DNA from: an uncultured Bdellovibrionales bacterium
Lineage (GTDB): Bacteria; Patescibacteriota; Minisyncoccia; Moranbacterales; UBA1568
Assembly (NCBI GenBank): GCA_964491155.1
Contig: CAZBFG010000001.1
Coordinates: 4,604 to 68,603 of the forward strand
DNA: 64,000 nt
Reading direction: 5' to 3'
A model generated the notes under the pieces. It was not told where the DNA came from, searched no databases, and worked only from the letters and a program-made list of their open reading frames with translations. A program made the position numbers and the translations under genes. Below, piece after piece: positions 17,543-27,209 of the stretch. The number at the start of each line of letters is the position of its first letter. Positions within the stretch are counted from its first letter, which is position 1.

Positions 17543-18739
17543 TTACTTGAAATTTCTCAGTCCAACAAACAAATATTCCGAATCAAAGGGATCATAAGAG
17601 ACAAACGATGCACCCCGATCAACTGTCATCCCCGTCACAAACCAGGTCTGTCCGCTATCGATGGATTTGTAAAAAGCTTTGCCGGCTACAAACACGATCT
17701 CATCGGGATTTTTAGGGTTGACTGCGATAGAGCGAATCGGAAACTTCTTGGCACTCTCGATGATATTAATCTCGGTCCAGTATTTTCCAAAATCCGCACT
17801 CTTGAAAAAACCATTGCTCGTACCGGCGTAGATCACCCCTGAGCGAGTCGGATCCGAAGCGATAGAGATGATACCCGCAGGCATCTTGTTCGTTTGATTT
17901 CGTTCAGAGAGCTTGGCGGATTCCTTTTGCAGCCGCTCGGATTCCTTGGCATTGCCATTGGTCGAGGCGTCGCTTGCTCGCTTCTGGAGTGCTGCTACTT
18001 CTTTCTGCTTCTCTTCTTCCCAATCAAGCCAGGCTACTCCACCATCTCGAGAGTAGTAGAGTTTTTGACCAAAGGTCAGGAGATAGGTAGTAAACTTCTG
18101 AGTAGCATCAAACAAAATATCAGAGACCGTACCTTCAATCTTGTTTCCCACGTTCTTCCACGTCTCACCAGCGTCCGTACTCTTGACCACTGTCCCGGTC
18201 GAAGTGCCCGCAAAAATAACATTGATATCAGTCGGGTGCTGGGAAAGAGCTGTGACATTGGCCTGGACACCCGGCTCGGTATAAACTTCCTTCCATTCCT
18301 CTCCGCCATCATCTGTCCGGAAAATCTTGCCCCACTCGCCAACCACTCCCGAAGCAAACATGCGGTTGTCCGGGTCATTACGATCCAAGATGAAACTATA
18401 GATCTTTTTTGGAGGAAAGGAGATAGGTGTCCACTGCTCACCTGCATCTTCCGTTTTGAAAATACCATTGTCTACTGAACCCACATAGATAGTTCCCTGC
18501 GTATGTGGATGATAGGCGATAGAAAGGATGTCTGCCTTGGTGATAGTGGTTGTTTCATCAATCGTTGACTTGACCTCAAAGGTCTGCCCTCCATCACTGG
18601 TCCGCCACAGACTGCCCTTGGCTGGGGCGCCACTCGTAGTTGTCTCCGGCGAAAGAGATCCAGGAAGCGGGATAGTACACCCTGACAGTATAAAAGTACC
18701 CATCGCCAATACTCCTGACAACAATAATCTCTGTACCAT
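17543..18739 (-). CDS. Lipoprotein with BNR/Asp-box repeats
   Basis: Six S-x-D-x-G-x-T-W-like motifs (SDGGQTF, TEDAGEQWT, TDDGGEEWK, STDAGETWK, SRDGGVAWL, SIDSGQTWF); the signal/lipobox reads LAMGTFILSGC; the start is trimmed to the ATG at 18739. Confidence 0.65.
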   Translation of the reverse strand: MVQRLLLSGVLAMGTFILSGCTIPLPGSLSPETTTSGAPAKGSLWRTSDGGQTFEVKSTIDETTTITKADILSIAYHPHTQGTIYVGSVDNGIFKTEDAGEQWTPISFPPKKIYSFILDRNDPDNRMFASGVVGEWGKIFRTDDGGEEWKEVYTEPGVQANVTALSQHPTDINVIFAGTSTGTVVKSTDAGETWKNVGNKIEGTVSDILFDATQKFTTYLLTFGQKLYYSRDGGVAWLDWEEEKQKEVAALQKRASDASTNGNAKESERLQKESAKLSERNQTNKMPAGIISIASDPTRSGVIYAGTSNGFFKSADFGKYWTEINIIESAKKFPIRSIAVNPKNPDEIVFVAGKAFYKSIDSGQTWFVTGMTVDRGASFVSYDPFDSEYLFVGLRNFK

Positions 18740-18831
18740 ATTTGTATATAATTTCCCTTTCAGTATAGCAGAAAACTGAGCCCGAGAAAAGAAAAAACTC
18801 CTCGAGGGAGTTCTTTCCTTTTGATGAGTTT

Positions 18832-18907
18832 TGGTGGGTACAGCAGGAATCGAACCTGCGACCGTTGGCTTAAAAGGCCACTGCTCTACCGACTGAGCTA
18901 TGTACCC
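18832..18907 (-). tRNA. tRNA-Lys (anticodon TTT)
   Basis: Cloverleaf gggtaca/tgtaccc acceptor stem, D-arm gctcagtcggtagagc, anticodon loop cttttaa, T-arm ggttcgattcc, and CCA encoded. Confidence 0.85.
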
Positions 18908-18955
18908 GCAAATCAAAACAATTGTACCTGGAATGAGGCACTTTGGTCAACCCTC

Positions 18956-20278
18956 CTACTGCTTTGGCGCAATAACATCTTTACCAACAAACGGCCGGAG
19001 CACCTCGGGAATCGTCACCGAACCGTCAGCTTGCTGGTAATTTTCGAGGATCGAGATAAAGATGCGTGGGCTTGGGAGAGCGGTGTTATTGAGCATATAG
19101 ACATGTTTTTTGTCGCCGTTCTCGTCTTTGTACTTCACATTGAGCCGGCGAGCCTGCCAGTCGAGGAAATTCGAGGCTGATCCTGTCTCGCCATAGCGAT
19201 TCATCCCGGGCATCCAAGCCTCAAGATCAAAGGCGCGGTACTTGCCGGCGCTCATGTCACCACTACAGATCTGAATCTTGCGATACGGCAGCCCGAGCTC
19301 TTGGTGCATTTCTTCTGAAACAGCAATCATCTCTTCCTGAAGTTTGTTGGCCAGTTCCATATCAGCCGGACACAGTATGACCTGCTCCACTTTCATAAAC
19401 TCATGCACCCGGTACATACCCTTGGTATCTTTGCCGTAACTTCCGATTTCACTCCGGTAGCACTGACTGAAGCCAGCCATGCGCAGCGGCAGATTCTTTT
19501 CTTCTAAAACCTCATCGCTATAGTACGAAAGCAGTGATGGCTCGGCCGTTCCGACCAAGAATTTTGATTCTTTTGAAATGCTGCCATCTACTTCTTTATC
19601 GGATGTCGCTACCTGATAGATTTCATCAATCTCGCCATTGTATTCGCCACCCTTGAAGTAGCCACTCCCGAAAAGCGGAAAGCTTTTTACCAAGGTTGGC
19701 GGGATCATCGGTGTATACCCTTTGGAAACCAGCTTTTGCAATGCATAGAACATCAACCCCATCACCAGGAGCGTCCCTTCATTTTTCAAATAGTAGCCGC
19801 GGTATCCAGACACTTTGGCTCCGCGCTCCAAATCCAAAATATCGAGCATCTTCCCCAGCTCCATATGTGTCCGTGGTGCAAACTCAAACTGCTTGATATC
19901 TCCATACTTTCCCACCTCAACGTTCTCCGCATCACTTTTCCCACGCGGCGTATCCGGAGAAATAATATTTGGCACTTGTACCATGAGCGCATCAAACTCT
20001 TTCTTCACCACAGCAAAGCGCGGCTCAAGTTCATCAATTTTTACTTTGATCTCCTTGCCTTTGGCGATAATTTCAGCGCGCTCTTCATCTGTTTTTGCCT
20101 GCTGAATAAGATCATTGATATCATTCTTGAGCGACTTTAGTTCTTCCAGTTCCTGAAGCAGCGCAATGCGCTCACCATCTTTGGCGAGTAAAGCATCAAT
20201 ATCAAGCGACAAATTCTTTGCCGTCACTGCTTCTTTGATAGCGGCCGTATTAGTACGAATGTATTGGATATCTAACAT
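18956..20278 (-). CDS. serS: Seryl-tRNA synthetase
   Basis: Begins MLDIQYIRTN, with an N-terminal coiled coil and class II core motifs; the track start at 20308 is a GTG extension. Confidence 0.9.
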   Translation of the reverse strand: MLDIQYIRTNTAAIKEAVTAKNLSLDIDALLAKDGERIALLQELEELKSLKNDINDLIQQAKTDEERAEIIAKGKEIKVKIDELEPRFAVVKKEFDALMVQVPNIISPDTPRGKSDAENVEVGKYGDIKQFEFAPRTHMELGKMLDILDLERGAKVSGYRGYYLKNEGTLLVMGLMFYALQKLVSKGYTPMIPPTLVKSFPLFGSGYFKGGEYNGEIDEIYQVATSDKEVDGSISKESKFLVGTAEPSLLSYYSDEVLEEKNLPLRMAGFSQCYRSEIGSYGKDTKGMYRVHEFMKVEQVILCPADMELANKLQEEMIAVSEEMHQELGLPYRKIQICSGDMSAGKYRAFDLEAWMPGMNRYGETGSASNFLDWQARRLNVKYKDENGDKKHVYMLNNTALPSPRIFISILENYQQADGSVTIPEVLRPFVGKDVIAPKQ

Positions 20279-20337
20279 AGGAACGGCTTCATTAGCTTTT
20301 AGCTTCACTAGCTTGTTAGTCTTCTAATTATTTAGGG

Positions 20338-20411
20338 TGGACGACACTGGATTCGAACCAGTGACCCCAGCAATGTGAATGCTGTGCTCTAACCAACTGA
20401 GCTAGTCGTCC
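20338..20411 (-). tRNA. tRNA-Val (anticodon CAC)
   Basis: ggacgac/gtcgtcc acceptor stem, D-arm gctcagttggttagagc, anticodon loop ttcacat, T-arm ggttcgaatcc; the 3' end reads ACCC, so CCA is not fully encoded. Confidence 0.8.
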
Positions 20412-20419
20412 GGCTGTTC

Positions 20420-21880
20420 TTACTCTTTGTCCTTCATTGGTGGAAAGATGACCGTCTCGCGGACGGAGCGATTCATGAGGATAGCAAACAGACGTTCACT
20501 CATCCCGAATCCACAGGCTGGTGGCATACCATACTCCAGCGCCTGGATAAAGTCTTCGTCGAGCATCATCCCCTCCTTGTCACCGGCATCACGAAGCTTC
20601 ATCTGCTCCTCAAAGCGTGCTCGCTGATCAATCGGATCATTGAGTTCTGCAAATCCGTTCCCGAGCTCACTCTTGGCCGCTATCGGCTGAAAACGAAGCG
20701 TCCGACGAGGATTCTTGGGATCACACTTCGCGAGTGGCGACACTTCGATCGGGTGCCCTACCAAGAAACATGGCTGCAGCAATTTTTGACGAACTGTTTT
20801 CTTGTACAGCGTATCAATCATGCGCCCCTTGCCATAATTCTTTTCGTATTTGATATGAAGCTCATCAGCCTTTTTCTGAAGCTGCTCGATGGTCACTTCG
20901 TGAGACAAATCAATACCCGTTTCTTTCTCAAACTCAGTAAAATAGTCGACACGCGGAAATGACGTATTCCAATCAATACTCACTCCCTCATACTCCGTGG
21001 CCATCGTTTCACCGACCACCGCACGCACGATATCTTTGTACAATCGCTCCACTAGTTCCATCCCCTGCTCCATATTCATGTAAGCAGCATAAAATTCCAT
21101 GTGATCGAACTCCTGCAGATGTTCACGGTCTATTCCCTCGTTACGAAAGACCCGACCGATCTCAAACACGCGCTCATACCCGCCGACGAGCAAACGCTTG
21201 AGCGCCAGTTCGAGCGAGATGCGCAGATAAAAGTCAGCATCCAAAGCATTGTGGTGTGTCACAAACGGTTCCGCTTCGGCGCCACCAGGAATGTGCTCGA
21301 GCACCGGCGTCTGCACTTCCAAAAATTTCTGCTCTGTCAGCACTGTTCGGACAGTCTGCCAAAACGCATTTTTCTTGATAAACAACTGTCGCGTCTCTTC
21401 ATTCATGAGCAAATCGAGATAACGACGACGGAGGAGTTCTTCCTCATCTTTCAAACCATAGAATTCTGTCGGGATTGGTCGGAGTGACTTGCAGAGCATC
21501 TGCCATGAGGCCACTCGTACTGATTTTTCATCTTGTTTGGTCAAAAAAACCGCGCCGGTGATAGCCACAAAGTCACCGAGGTCAACCGTTTCTTTAAAAA
21601 GTTTGAAGTCTGTTTCGCCTAACACTTCGAGAGAAAAAAATCCCTGAATTTTTCCACTCCCATCCTCAAGATGACAAAAGGCAATCTTGCCCATGACACG
21701 CAAGGACTTGACGCGCCCCACTACCGACACCTGAGTATCGGTGCCATTCAGGGTCTCAAAAGCATCCAAAACCTCCACGCTCGTATGGGTACGCACCACA
21801 GTATCCGGATAGGCTGTTCCGGTTGCTTGGCGTATTTTCTCAAGCTTTTCGAGTTTCGTTGTCAGAATATCTTCACGCAT
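20420..21880 (-). CDS. lysS: Lysyl-tRNA synthetase (class II)
   Basis: 486 aa; N-terminal OB anticodon-binding domain plus class II motifs 1-3 (FRNEGID, GGxERxxE-like region). Confidence 0.9.
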   Translation of the reverse strand: MREDILTTKLEKLEKIRQATGTAYPDTVVRTHTSVEVLDAFETLNGTDTQVSVVGRVKSLRVMGKIAFCHLEDGSGKIQGFFSLEVLGETDFKLFKETVDLGDFVAITGAVFLTKQDEKSVRVASWQMLCKSLRPIPTEFYGLKDEEELLRRRYLDLLMNEETRQLFIKKNAFWQTVRTVLTEQKFLEVQTPVLEHIPGGAEAEPFVTHHNALDADFYLRISLELALKRLLVGGYERVFEIGRVFRNEGIDREHLQEFDHMEFYAAYMNMEQGMELVERLYKDIVRAVVGETMATEYEGVSIDWNTSFPRVDYFTEFEKETGIDLSHEVTIEQLQKKADELHIKYEKNYGKGRMIDTLYKKTVRQKLLQPCFLVGHPIEVSPLAKCDPKNPRRTLRFQPIAAKSELGNGFAELNDPIDQRARFEEQMKLRDAGDKEGMMLDEDFIQALEYGMPPACGFGMSERLFAILMNRSVRETVIFPPMKDKE

Positions 21881-22002
21881 ATTTCAAAGTTGTTTCACCG
21901 AGCGTATGGTCACATTGTAGCCTCTCCTAAAGCAAAATGCAAGGCACAAAACGAAAGAAGTTCGACTTCCAACTGGAGGTCGAACTTCTCGAAAGAGTGA
22001 AT

Positions 22003-22458
22003 CTAGTTCACAGAAACGATTTCGTACTTGACGGTCGCAGCAGGAGTCGTGACCTCTACCTTGTCTCCCTTACCTTTACCCAAGAAAGCCTGACCCAGGG
22101 GTGACTCATTGGAGATTTTTCCAGCAGCCGGGTCAACTTCGTTCGAACCAACGATTTCAAAATGAAATTCCTTGCCATGGACTTTGACACCTAGCTTGGA
22201 GCCCATACCGATTGTTGAAGCACCCTTGTGTTTGGCAGCAACCACTGAATCCTTGAGCATGCCCTCGAGCTCAGCAATACGAGACTCATTCTCGTTCTGA
22301 TGGTTCTTGGCCTCGCTGTATTCAGCATTTTCAGACAGGTCACCCTGCTCTTTTGCTTCCTTGATAGCTTCCGCAATCTCCTGACGAATCTTCGTCTTGC
22401 GTTCCTCGAGCTCTACAGTCAGTTTTTTCAACCCTTCCTCAGTAAAAATTTTTGCCAT
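22003..22458 (-). CDS. greA: Transcription elongation factor GreA
   Basis: 151 aa; N-terminal coiled coil with the DLSENAEY acidic tip and a C-terminal FKBP-like domain. Confidence 0.9.
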   Translation of the reverse strand: MAKIFTEEGLKKLTVELEERKTKIRQEIAEAIKEAKEQGDLSENAEYSEAKNHQNENESRIAELEGMLKDSVVAAKHKGASTIGMGSKLGVKVHGKEFHFEIVGSNEVDPAAGKISNESPLGQAFLGKGKGDKVEVTTPAATVKYEIVSVN

Positions 22459-22524
22459 AATTGATGTACAAATGAAAATTCTCTCCCGAGGGAAAGAATT
22501 GGATTTAGATATCAGAGTTTCTCA

Positions 22525-22552
22525 ATACTACCAAAATATGAATAATTGTCAA
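22525..22552 (-). promoter_or_regulatory. Promoter TTGACAAT-N16-TGGTAGTAT upstream of greA
   Basis: The minus strand reads ttgacaattattcatattttggtagtat. Confidence 0.5.
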
Positions 22553-22589
22553 TGCCAAACATTTTTGGCTCTAAAAAAGCAAAAAATGA

Positions 22590-24476
22590 CTATTTTTCTC
22601 GATTAAAATACCAATCGTACACTTCTTTCGTCACCGGAACAGCATTGTACCCCTCTTCTCCTTGCCCCTCAACCAGCACGATCATAGCCAGTTCCGGAGC
22701 CTCATAGGGAGCAAAAGAAACGAACCAGCCATGCGTTTTTTCAGCTGAACCAAACTGGGCTGTTCCTGTTTTTCCGGCTACTGCCACTGGCATATCCTTG
22801 AGTGACTGAGCTGTCCCTTCAGTCACCGTCTCTCGCATTCCTTCGCGAACAATATGCAAAATATCCTTGTCCATAAAGTCCTGACGAATGACCTTGGGTG
22901 CCACAGCAGTCACCTTTCCGTCGGCAGAACGGATCTGTGATACAATCCTTGGCTCATAGAGCGTGCCACCATTGGCGATAGCCACCACAGAATTGAGTAC
23001 CTGGAGCGGCGTCGCGGTCACAAACCCCTGCCCGATAGACGCATGGTAGTCGTCACCGATATACCAACGTTCACCGATTTTTTTCTGTTTCCACTCGGCG
23101 CTGGGGATGAGTCCATCTGCCTCACCCAGCATATCAATACCCGTCTTTTGGCCATATCCAAACAGTTCTTCATATTTTTTCATGCGATCCATCCCGAGAC
23201 CACTGATGTTTCCATATCCACCACCGATAGAATAAAAAAACACATCGCTTGAAACAGCGATCGCCCGCCTAATGTCGGTAAATCCGTGTACCTTCCAGTC
23301 CCCAAAGAAAAATTTTCCGATACTGATACCTCCCCGACTCTCGATCTCTGTGTGCTCATTGACAATTCCCTCACGAAGCGCTGCTGCTGCCAAAACCGGC
23401 TTGATGGTTGATCCCGGCGGATACTCCCCCGATACTGCTCGGTTAAAGAGTGGTTCGGATGGATCTTCGATCAATTTTTTGTATTCTTCTCCGGAAATCC
23501 CTCCAGAAAAAAGATTATTATCAAAACTTGGCAGACTGACCAGTGCCCGTACCGCTCCGCTCCGTGGATCGATGATGACAGCGGCCGCTCGTTTCAACTC
23601 ATTTTTTTCCAAAATAGCCTGGAGACTATCAAATGTTTTCTTTTGCAAGTCGGCATCAATATTTAAAATAAGGTCGTTGCCTGGAATCGGCTGCACAATA
23701 CCCAGTGCTTTTTTGATCTTTCCAAACGCATCTACTTCTACCCGTTCAAAACCATGTTTTCCCCGCAGCACCGACTCATAGCTTTTTTCCAAACCCTGCT
23801 TCCCGATAGAATCGGTCAACAGATACTCCGGATGTGTCACCAGCTCTTCTTTACGAATTTTTCCTTCGTAGCCCAAGACATGGGAAAAAATAAGACTGTC
23901 TAGATAGCTGCGCTCGGTTGTCTTGTACAGGCTGACCCCCGGAAAACCCTGGCTGCGACTGAGAAAAATAAGCGTTTCTTCCTGAGTCAGTTTTTCCTTG
24001 AGGAGTATCGGCAACGTTGAACGCGTATCGATCCGACTGAGTATTTCTGACAACACCGCCTCTTCGATGCCAAAATCTCCCAAAAGAGCAGCTCGCATTC
24101 TTTCACGGGCTTCACTATCGGCCGGGATATCCGCAGGTATCAATACCATATCTATACTCGGTACATTTCGTACCAACGGTTTTCCCGAGATGTCATACAC
24201 GATACCGCGTGGAGCGGGCAACACCAGCGCACGCAGGCTATTGCGAAGCGCGGCAGCCTGATACTCACTTCCCTTGATAATGCTCAAATAAAACACTCGC
24301 CCACCGAGCGCCATAAGAGCAAACATCATAACCCATAGAAAAAGAGATGACATCTTCCGATTGAGTGGCCATTCCATTTTGACGGCATCCTTTTCAGTCA
24401 CCGTCAACACGGCATCGTCAATTTCCATGCCACCCTTCTTATGAAGAAATATTCCTTTGCGAACAAAAAAACTCAT
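22590..24476 (-). CDS. mrdA: Penicillin-binding protein 2 (class B transpeptidase)
   Basis: N-terminal TM helix, a PBP dimerisation domain, and the transpeptidase motifs STIKP, SSD and KTGTAQ. Confidence 0.85.
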   Translation of the reverse strand: MSFFVRKGIFLHKKGGMEIDDAVLTVTEKDAVKMEWPLNRKMSSLFLWVMMFALMALGGRVFYLSIIKGSEYQAAALRNSLRALVLPAPRGIVYDISGKPLVRNVPSIDMVLIPADIPADSEARERMRAALLGDFGIEEAVLSEILSRIDTRSTLPILLKEKLTQEETLIFLSRSQGFPGVSLYKTTERSYLDSLIFSHVLGYEGKIRKEELVTHPEYLLTDSIGKQGLEKSYESVLRGKHGFERVEVDAFGKIKKALGIVQPIPGNDLILNIDADLQKKTFDSLQAILEKNELKRAAAVIIDPRSGAVRALVSLPSFDNNLFSGGISGEEYKKLIEDPSEPLFNRAVSGEYPPGSTIKPVLAAAALREGIVNEHTEIESRGGISIGKFFFGDWKVHGFTDIRRAIAVSSDVFFYSIGGGYGNISGLGMDRMKKYEELFGYGQKTGIDMLGEADGLIPSAEWKQKKIGERWYIGDDYHASIGQGFVTATPLQVLNSVVAIANGGTLYEPRIVSQIRSADGKVTAVAPKVIRQDFMDKDILHIVREGMRETVTEGTAQSLKDMPVAVAGKTGTAQFGSAEKTHGWFVSFAPYEAPELAMIVLVEGQGEEGYNAVPVTKEVYDWYFNREK

Positions 24477-24479
24477 ACT

Positions 24480-25022
24480 CTAACGGATATTGCGAAACTG
24501 CTTTTGATTCAAAAAATTGAGATATCGTTCAAACCGATCAATAGTATAGTGCGTAAGCAAAAATACCGGCAAGAAAACTACTAACGAAAATAACAACGTA
24601 TCAACAGACGGTGTCGCCCGCAAGAGAAGCGATGTCTCTGGAGCTATAAAGCGGTAGACCACCAGAGAAAAGAGCCCCTGATACAGCAGGGCGGCGCCAA
24701 ACGCCACCAACCCATACAACATAAGCCCCACGCCCTTATGTTCGAGCAACAGTCGCCGCAACAAAAAACTGGTCACATATGCAAAAAAAACAGCGTAGAG
24801 AGAAAACCAAGACACCCTACCCAAAGAAACAGTGTCGAACAGGAGTGTCAGCGGCAGGGTCATAAAAAGAGCCGAGGGGAAATTTCGTATCAGAACAAAA
24901 GAAATGACTGCTCCCAACAGAAACAACGGTGCTCGAAACCATGGAAAAAGAATATTGAAAAATGAGAGCTGGAGAAACACCAACAGGAGCAAAAAAGATA
25001 TCCGAAAAAAAACGTCTTTCAT
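24480..25022 (-). CDS. mreD: Rod shape-determining protein MreD
   Basis: 180-aa polytopic membrane protein; ATGA overlap with mreC. Confidence 0.7.
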   Translation of the reverse strand: MKDVFFRISFLLLLVFLQLSFFNILFPWFRAPLFLLGAVISFVLIRNFPSALFMTLPLTLLFDTVSLGRVSWFSLYAVFFAYVTSFLLRRLLLEHKGVGLMLYGLVAFGAALLYQGLFSLVVYRFIAPETSLLLRATPSVDTLLFSLVVFLPVFLLTHYTIDRFERYLNFLNQKQFRNIR

Positions 25023-25843
25023 GGTACGAGTGATTTTTTAATAACAAAGACGTAGCGGAGCGTACTGAAATTTACCGGGGAAACAATAGACGCACGCTGA
25101 TACAAATGATCAGAAGAGGGGCGGATATCCTGGATAGCACCAATGACCAGATCCTTGGGAATTTCGCCACCTAGACCGGAAGTAACCAGTCGATCCGCCG
25201 TCTGAAGCACCATATCCTGCGGCACCATATCAAGGACGATCCCAAGTCCATATTCTCCTTTGATAATTCCCTGAGCATTTCCCTCAAGCGTCACTCCACT
25301 CACCACACTCTCGGGGTTAGTCAGGAGCATGACACGCGCACTCCCCGGAAAAACCTCTATCACACGTCCAATCAAAACGCTCCCCGATACCGTTACTACC
25401 ATACCACGCTCAATCCCCTGCAGTGACCCCTGATCAATAGTCAGCCAATTTCCCAAACCGGCAGCGTCCCGCCCGATGACTTCAGCAGCCCGCAGTTCGA
25501 AACGATCTCTCGGCAACAATGACAGTTCTTTTCTCAAGATATCATTTTCGCTCGCAACAGATTGCCACTTCGCGTTCTCACCAGCCAAGCGAATATTTTC
25601 TTGCACCAGGTACTCATTCTCACGCTTCAAATTTCCGATAGAAGTCACAAAAGAAAATTTGTCGCGCACTTCAAACGCTACCGAAGACACCATACCCTGT
25701 ATCGGCCACGCTATAGTCGAAAACACCACGCGTAACGGCTCCATAAGAAAACGTGGTTGCCACACCAAAAAGACCAATAACACTATCGAAACAATAAAAG
25801 CGCGGAAAAATTTTGTTTGAGTAAATTTTCGACGAAGAGCCAT
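25019..25843 (-). CDS. mreC: Rod shape-determining protein MreC
   Basis: N-terminal TM helix, a coiled coil and beta-rich domains; located between mreB and mreD. Confidence 0.8.
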   Translation of the reverse strand: MALRRKFTQTKFFRAFIVSIVLLVFLVWQPRFLMEPLRVVFSTIAWPIQGMVSSVAFEVRDKFSFVTSIGNLKRENEYLVQENIRLAGENAKWQSVASENDILRKELSLLPRDRFELRAAEVIGRDAAGLGNWLTIDQGSLQGIERGMVVTVSGSVLIGRVIEVFPGSARVMLLTNPESVVSGVTLEGNAQGIIKGEYGLGIVLDMVPQDMVLQTADRLVTSGLGGEIPKDLVIGAIQDIRPSSDHLYQRASIVSPVNFSTLRYVFVIKKSLVP

Positions 25844-25949
25844 ATGCCACGCAGGTATACCTGTGAATTTCTAATTACCAATTTCTAATTTCCAAAAAAT
25901 ACCTTTCACGCAAGCATTCATTAGAAATTAGATATTAGAAATTAAATAT
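25844..25949. repeat. Copy B of the CTAATTTCTAA/TTAGAAATTAG palindromic intergenic repeat
   Basis: caggtatacctg palindrome, ctaatttc...gaaattag inverted pair, and a tandem attagaaatta; it lies between mreB and mreC. Confidence 0.6.
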
Positions 25950-27044
25950 TTATCCCAAAGGCTTATTGTCCTCTTCTTCTATCAAAACCTCTTTCAAGTT
26001 TTCCATATCATCAAGCACAATACCCGTACCGCGCACCACCGCCGTGAGTGGGTCCTCCATCATCCGCACCGGTATCCCTGTCTGATTGGCAATCAGTTTA
26101 TCCATACCACGAATAAGGCTGCCTCCTCCTGCTAGGATAATACCGCGCTGCATGATATCTGCCAAAAGTTCCGGTGGCGTTTCTTCGACAATAGTCTTGA
26201 TATTATTGACAATAATTCGAATCGATCGTGACAGCGCCTCACGGATATGTTCGTCTGTTGCCAATACTTCTTTGGGCAAACCCGATACGAGATCACGACC
26301 GCGGAGCGGAAACGTCAGACGCTCCCGCTGCGGATACGCACTGCCGATAGCAATCTTGGCTTCCTCAGCTGTACGCTCGCCTATGAGAATATTGAATTCA
26401 TCACGACTGAAACGGACGATATCTTCATTCATCTCATCACCAGCGATACGGAGACTCCGAGAAATAACCACGCCTCCCAATGATATGACGGCAATTTCGG
26501 TCGTCCCGCCACCGATATCCACTACCATATTGCCGGCAGCATCGGTCACTGGCAAACGCGCACCGATAGCAGCTGCCATCGGCTCATCAATGAGAAAGGC
26601 CTGCCGTGCTCCGGCATTCATAGCTGCCTCCATTACCGCACGCTTCTCCACCTCTGTCACGCCCGAAGGAATACCGATGAGCACTCGAGGGCGCCGGAGA
26701 AAAGAAAAACTGTCCTGATTGACTTTGTTGATGAAATAACGAAGCATCTGTTCGGTTACTTCAAAATCGCTGATGACACCATCAACGAGTGGGCGTGTAG
26801 CCACGATATGCCCCGGTGTCTTGCCTACCATTTTCTTGGCCTCCCGGCCAATAGCCAAGATTTGCCCGGTCCGCTGATTGACCGCCACCACCGACGGTTC
26901 ATTGATCACAATCCCTCTTCCTTTGACGTAGACCAGCGTGTTAGCTGTCCCTAAATCAATCCCGATATCCTGTGACAAATGACTAAAAAACCTATCAATA
27001 AGGCCTTTTTGGAAATTTTTTATGAAGCGCTCAAAACTCGACAT
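25950..27044 (-). CDS. mreB: Rod shape-determining actin homolog MreB
   Basis: Begins MSSFERFIKNFQKGLIDRFFSHLSQDIGIDLGTANT; full actin-fold motifs; the start is trimmed to the ATG at 27044. Confidence 0.9.
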   Translation of the reverse strand: MSSFERFIKNFQKGLIDRFFSHLSQDIGIDLGTANTLVYVKGRGIVINEPSVVAVNQRTGQILAIGREAKKMVGKTPGHIVATRPLVDGVISDFEVTEQMLRYFINKVNQDSFSFLRRPRVLIGIPSGVTEVEKRAVMEAAMNAGARQAFLIDEPMAAAIGARLPVTDAAGNMVVDIGGGTTEIAVISLGGVVISRSLRIAGDEMNEDIVRFSRDEFNILIGERTAEEAKIAIGSAYPQRERLTFPLRGRDLVSGLPKEVLATDEHIREALSRSIRIIVNNIKTIVEETPPELLADIMQRGIILAGGGSLIRGMDKLIANQTGIPVRMMEDPLTAVVRGTGIVLDDMENLKEVLIEEEDNKPLG

Positions 27045-27209
27045 AGACAAAAAGAGGAGAAAAAAGTAAAAAATCAACCGGAAAACACAAAAAGGCACTC
27101 AAAAACAGGACATCCCCCATTCTATCCTATCCTTGAGAATTTTTCCAGTGTAAAAGAATAAGCCCCTCCCATATCGGGAAAAGGCTCTCCTTTCTCTTGA
27201 AGATGGTGT

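Noticed and set aside
17543-18916. The 457-aa ORF in the six-frame track whose N-terminus reads MICGYIAQSVEQWPFKPTVAGSIPAVPTK
   Set aside because: The first ~25 codons are a read-through of the tRNA-Lys gene (18832-18907) on the same strand. The real protein starts at the internal ATG at 18739, which is followed by a lipoprotein signal peptide.
18832-20411. The tRNA-Lys and tRNA-Val genes flanking serS as attachment sites of an integrated element
   Set aside because: No integrase, direct repeat of a tRNA 3' end, or compositional shift was seen around them. The arrangement looks like ordinary tRNA-aaRS clustering.
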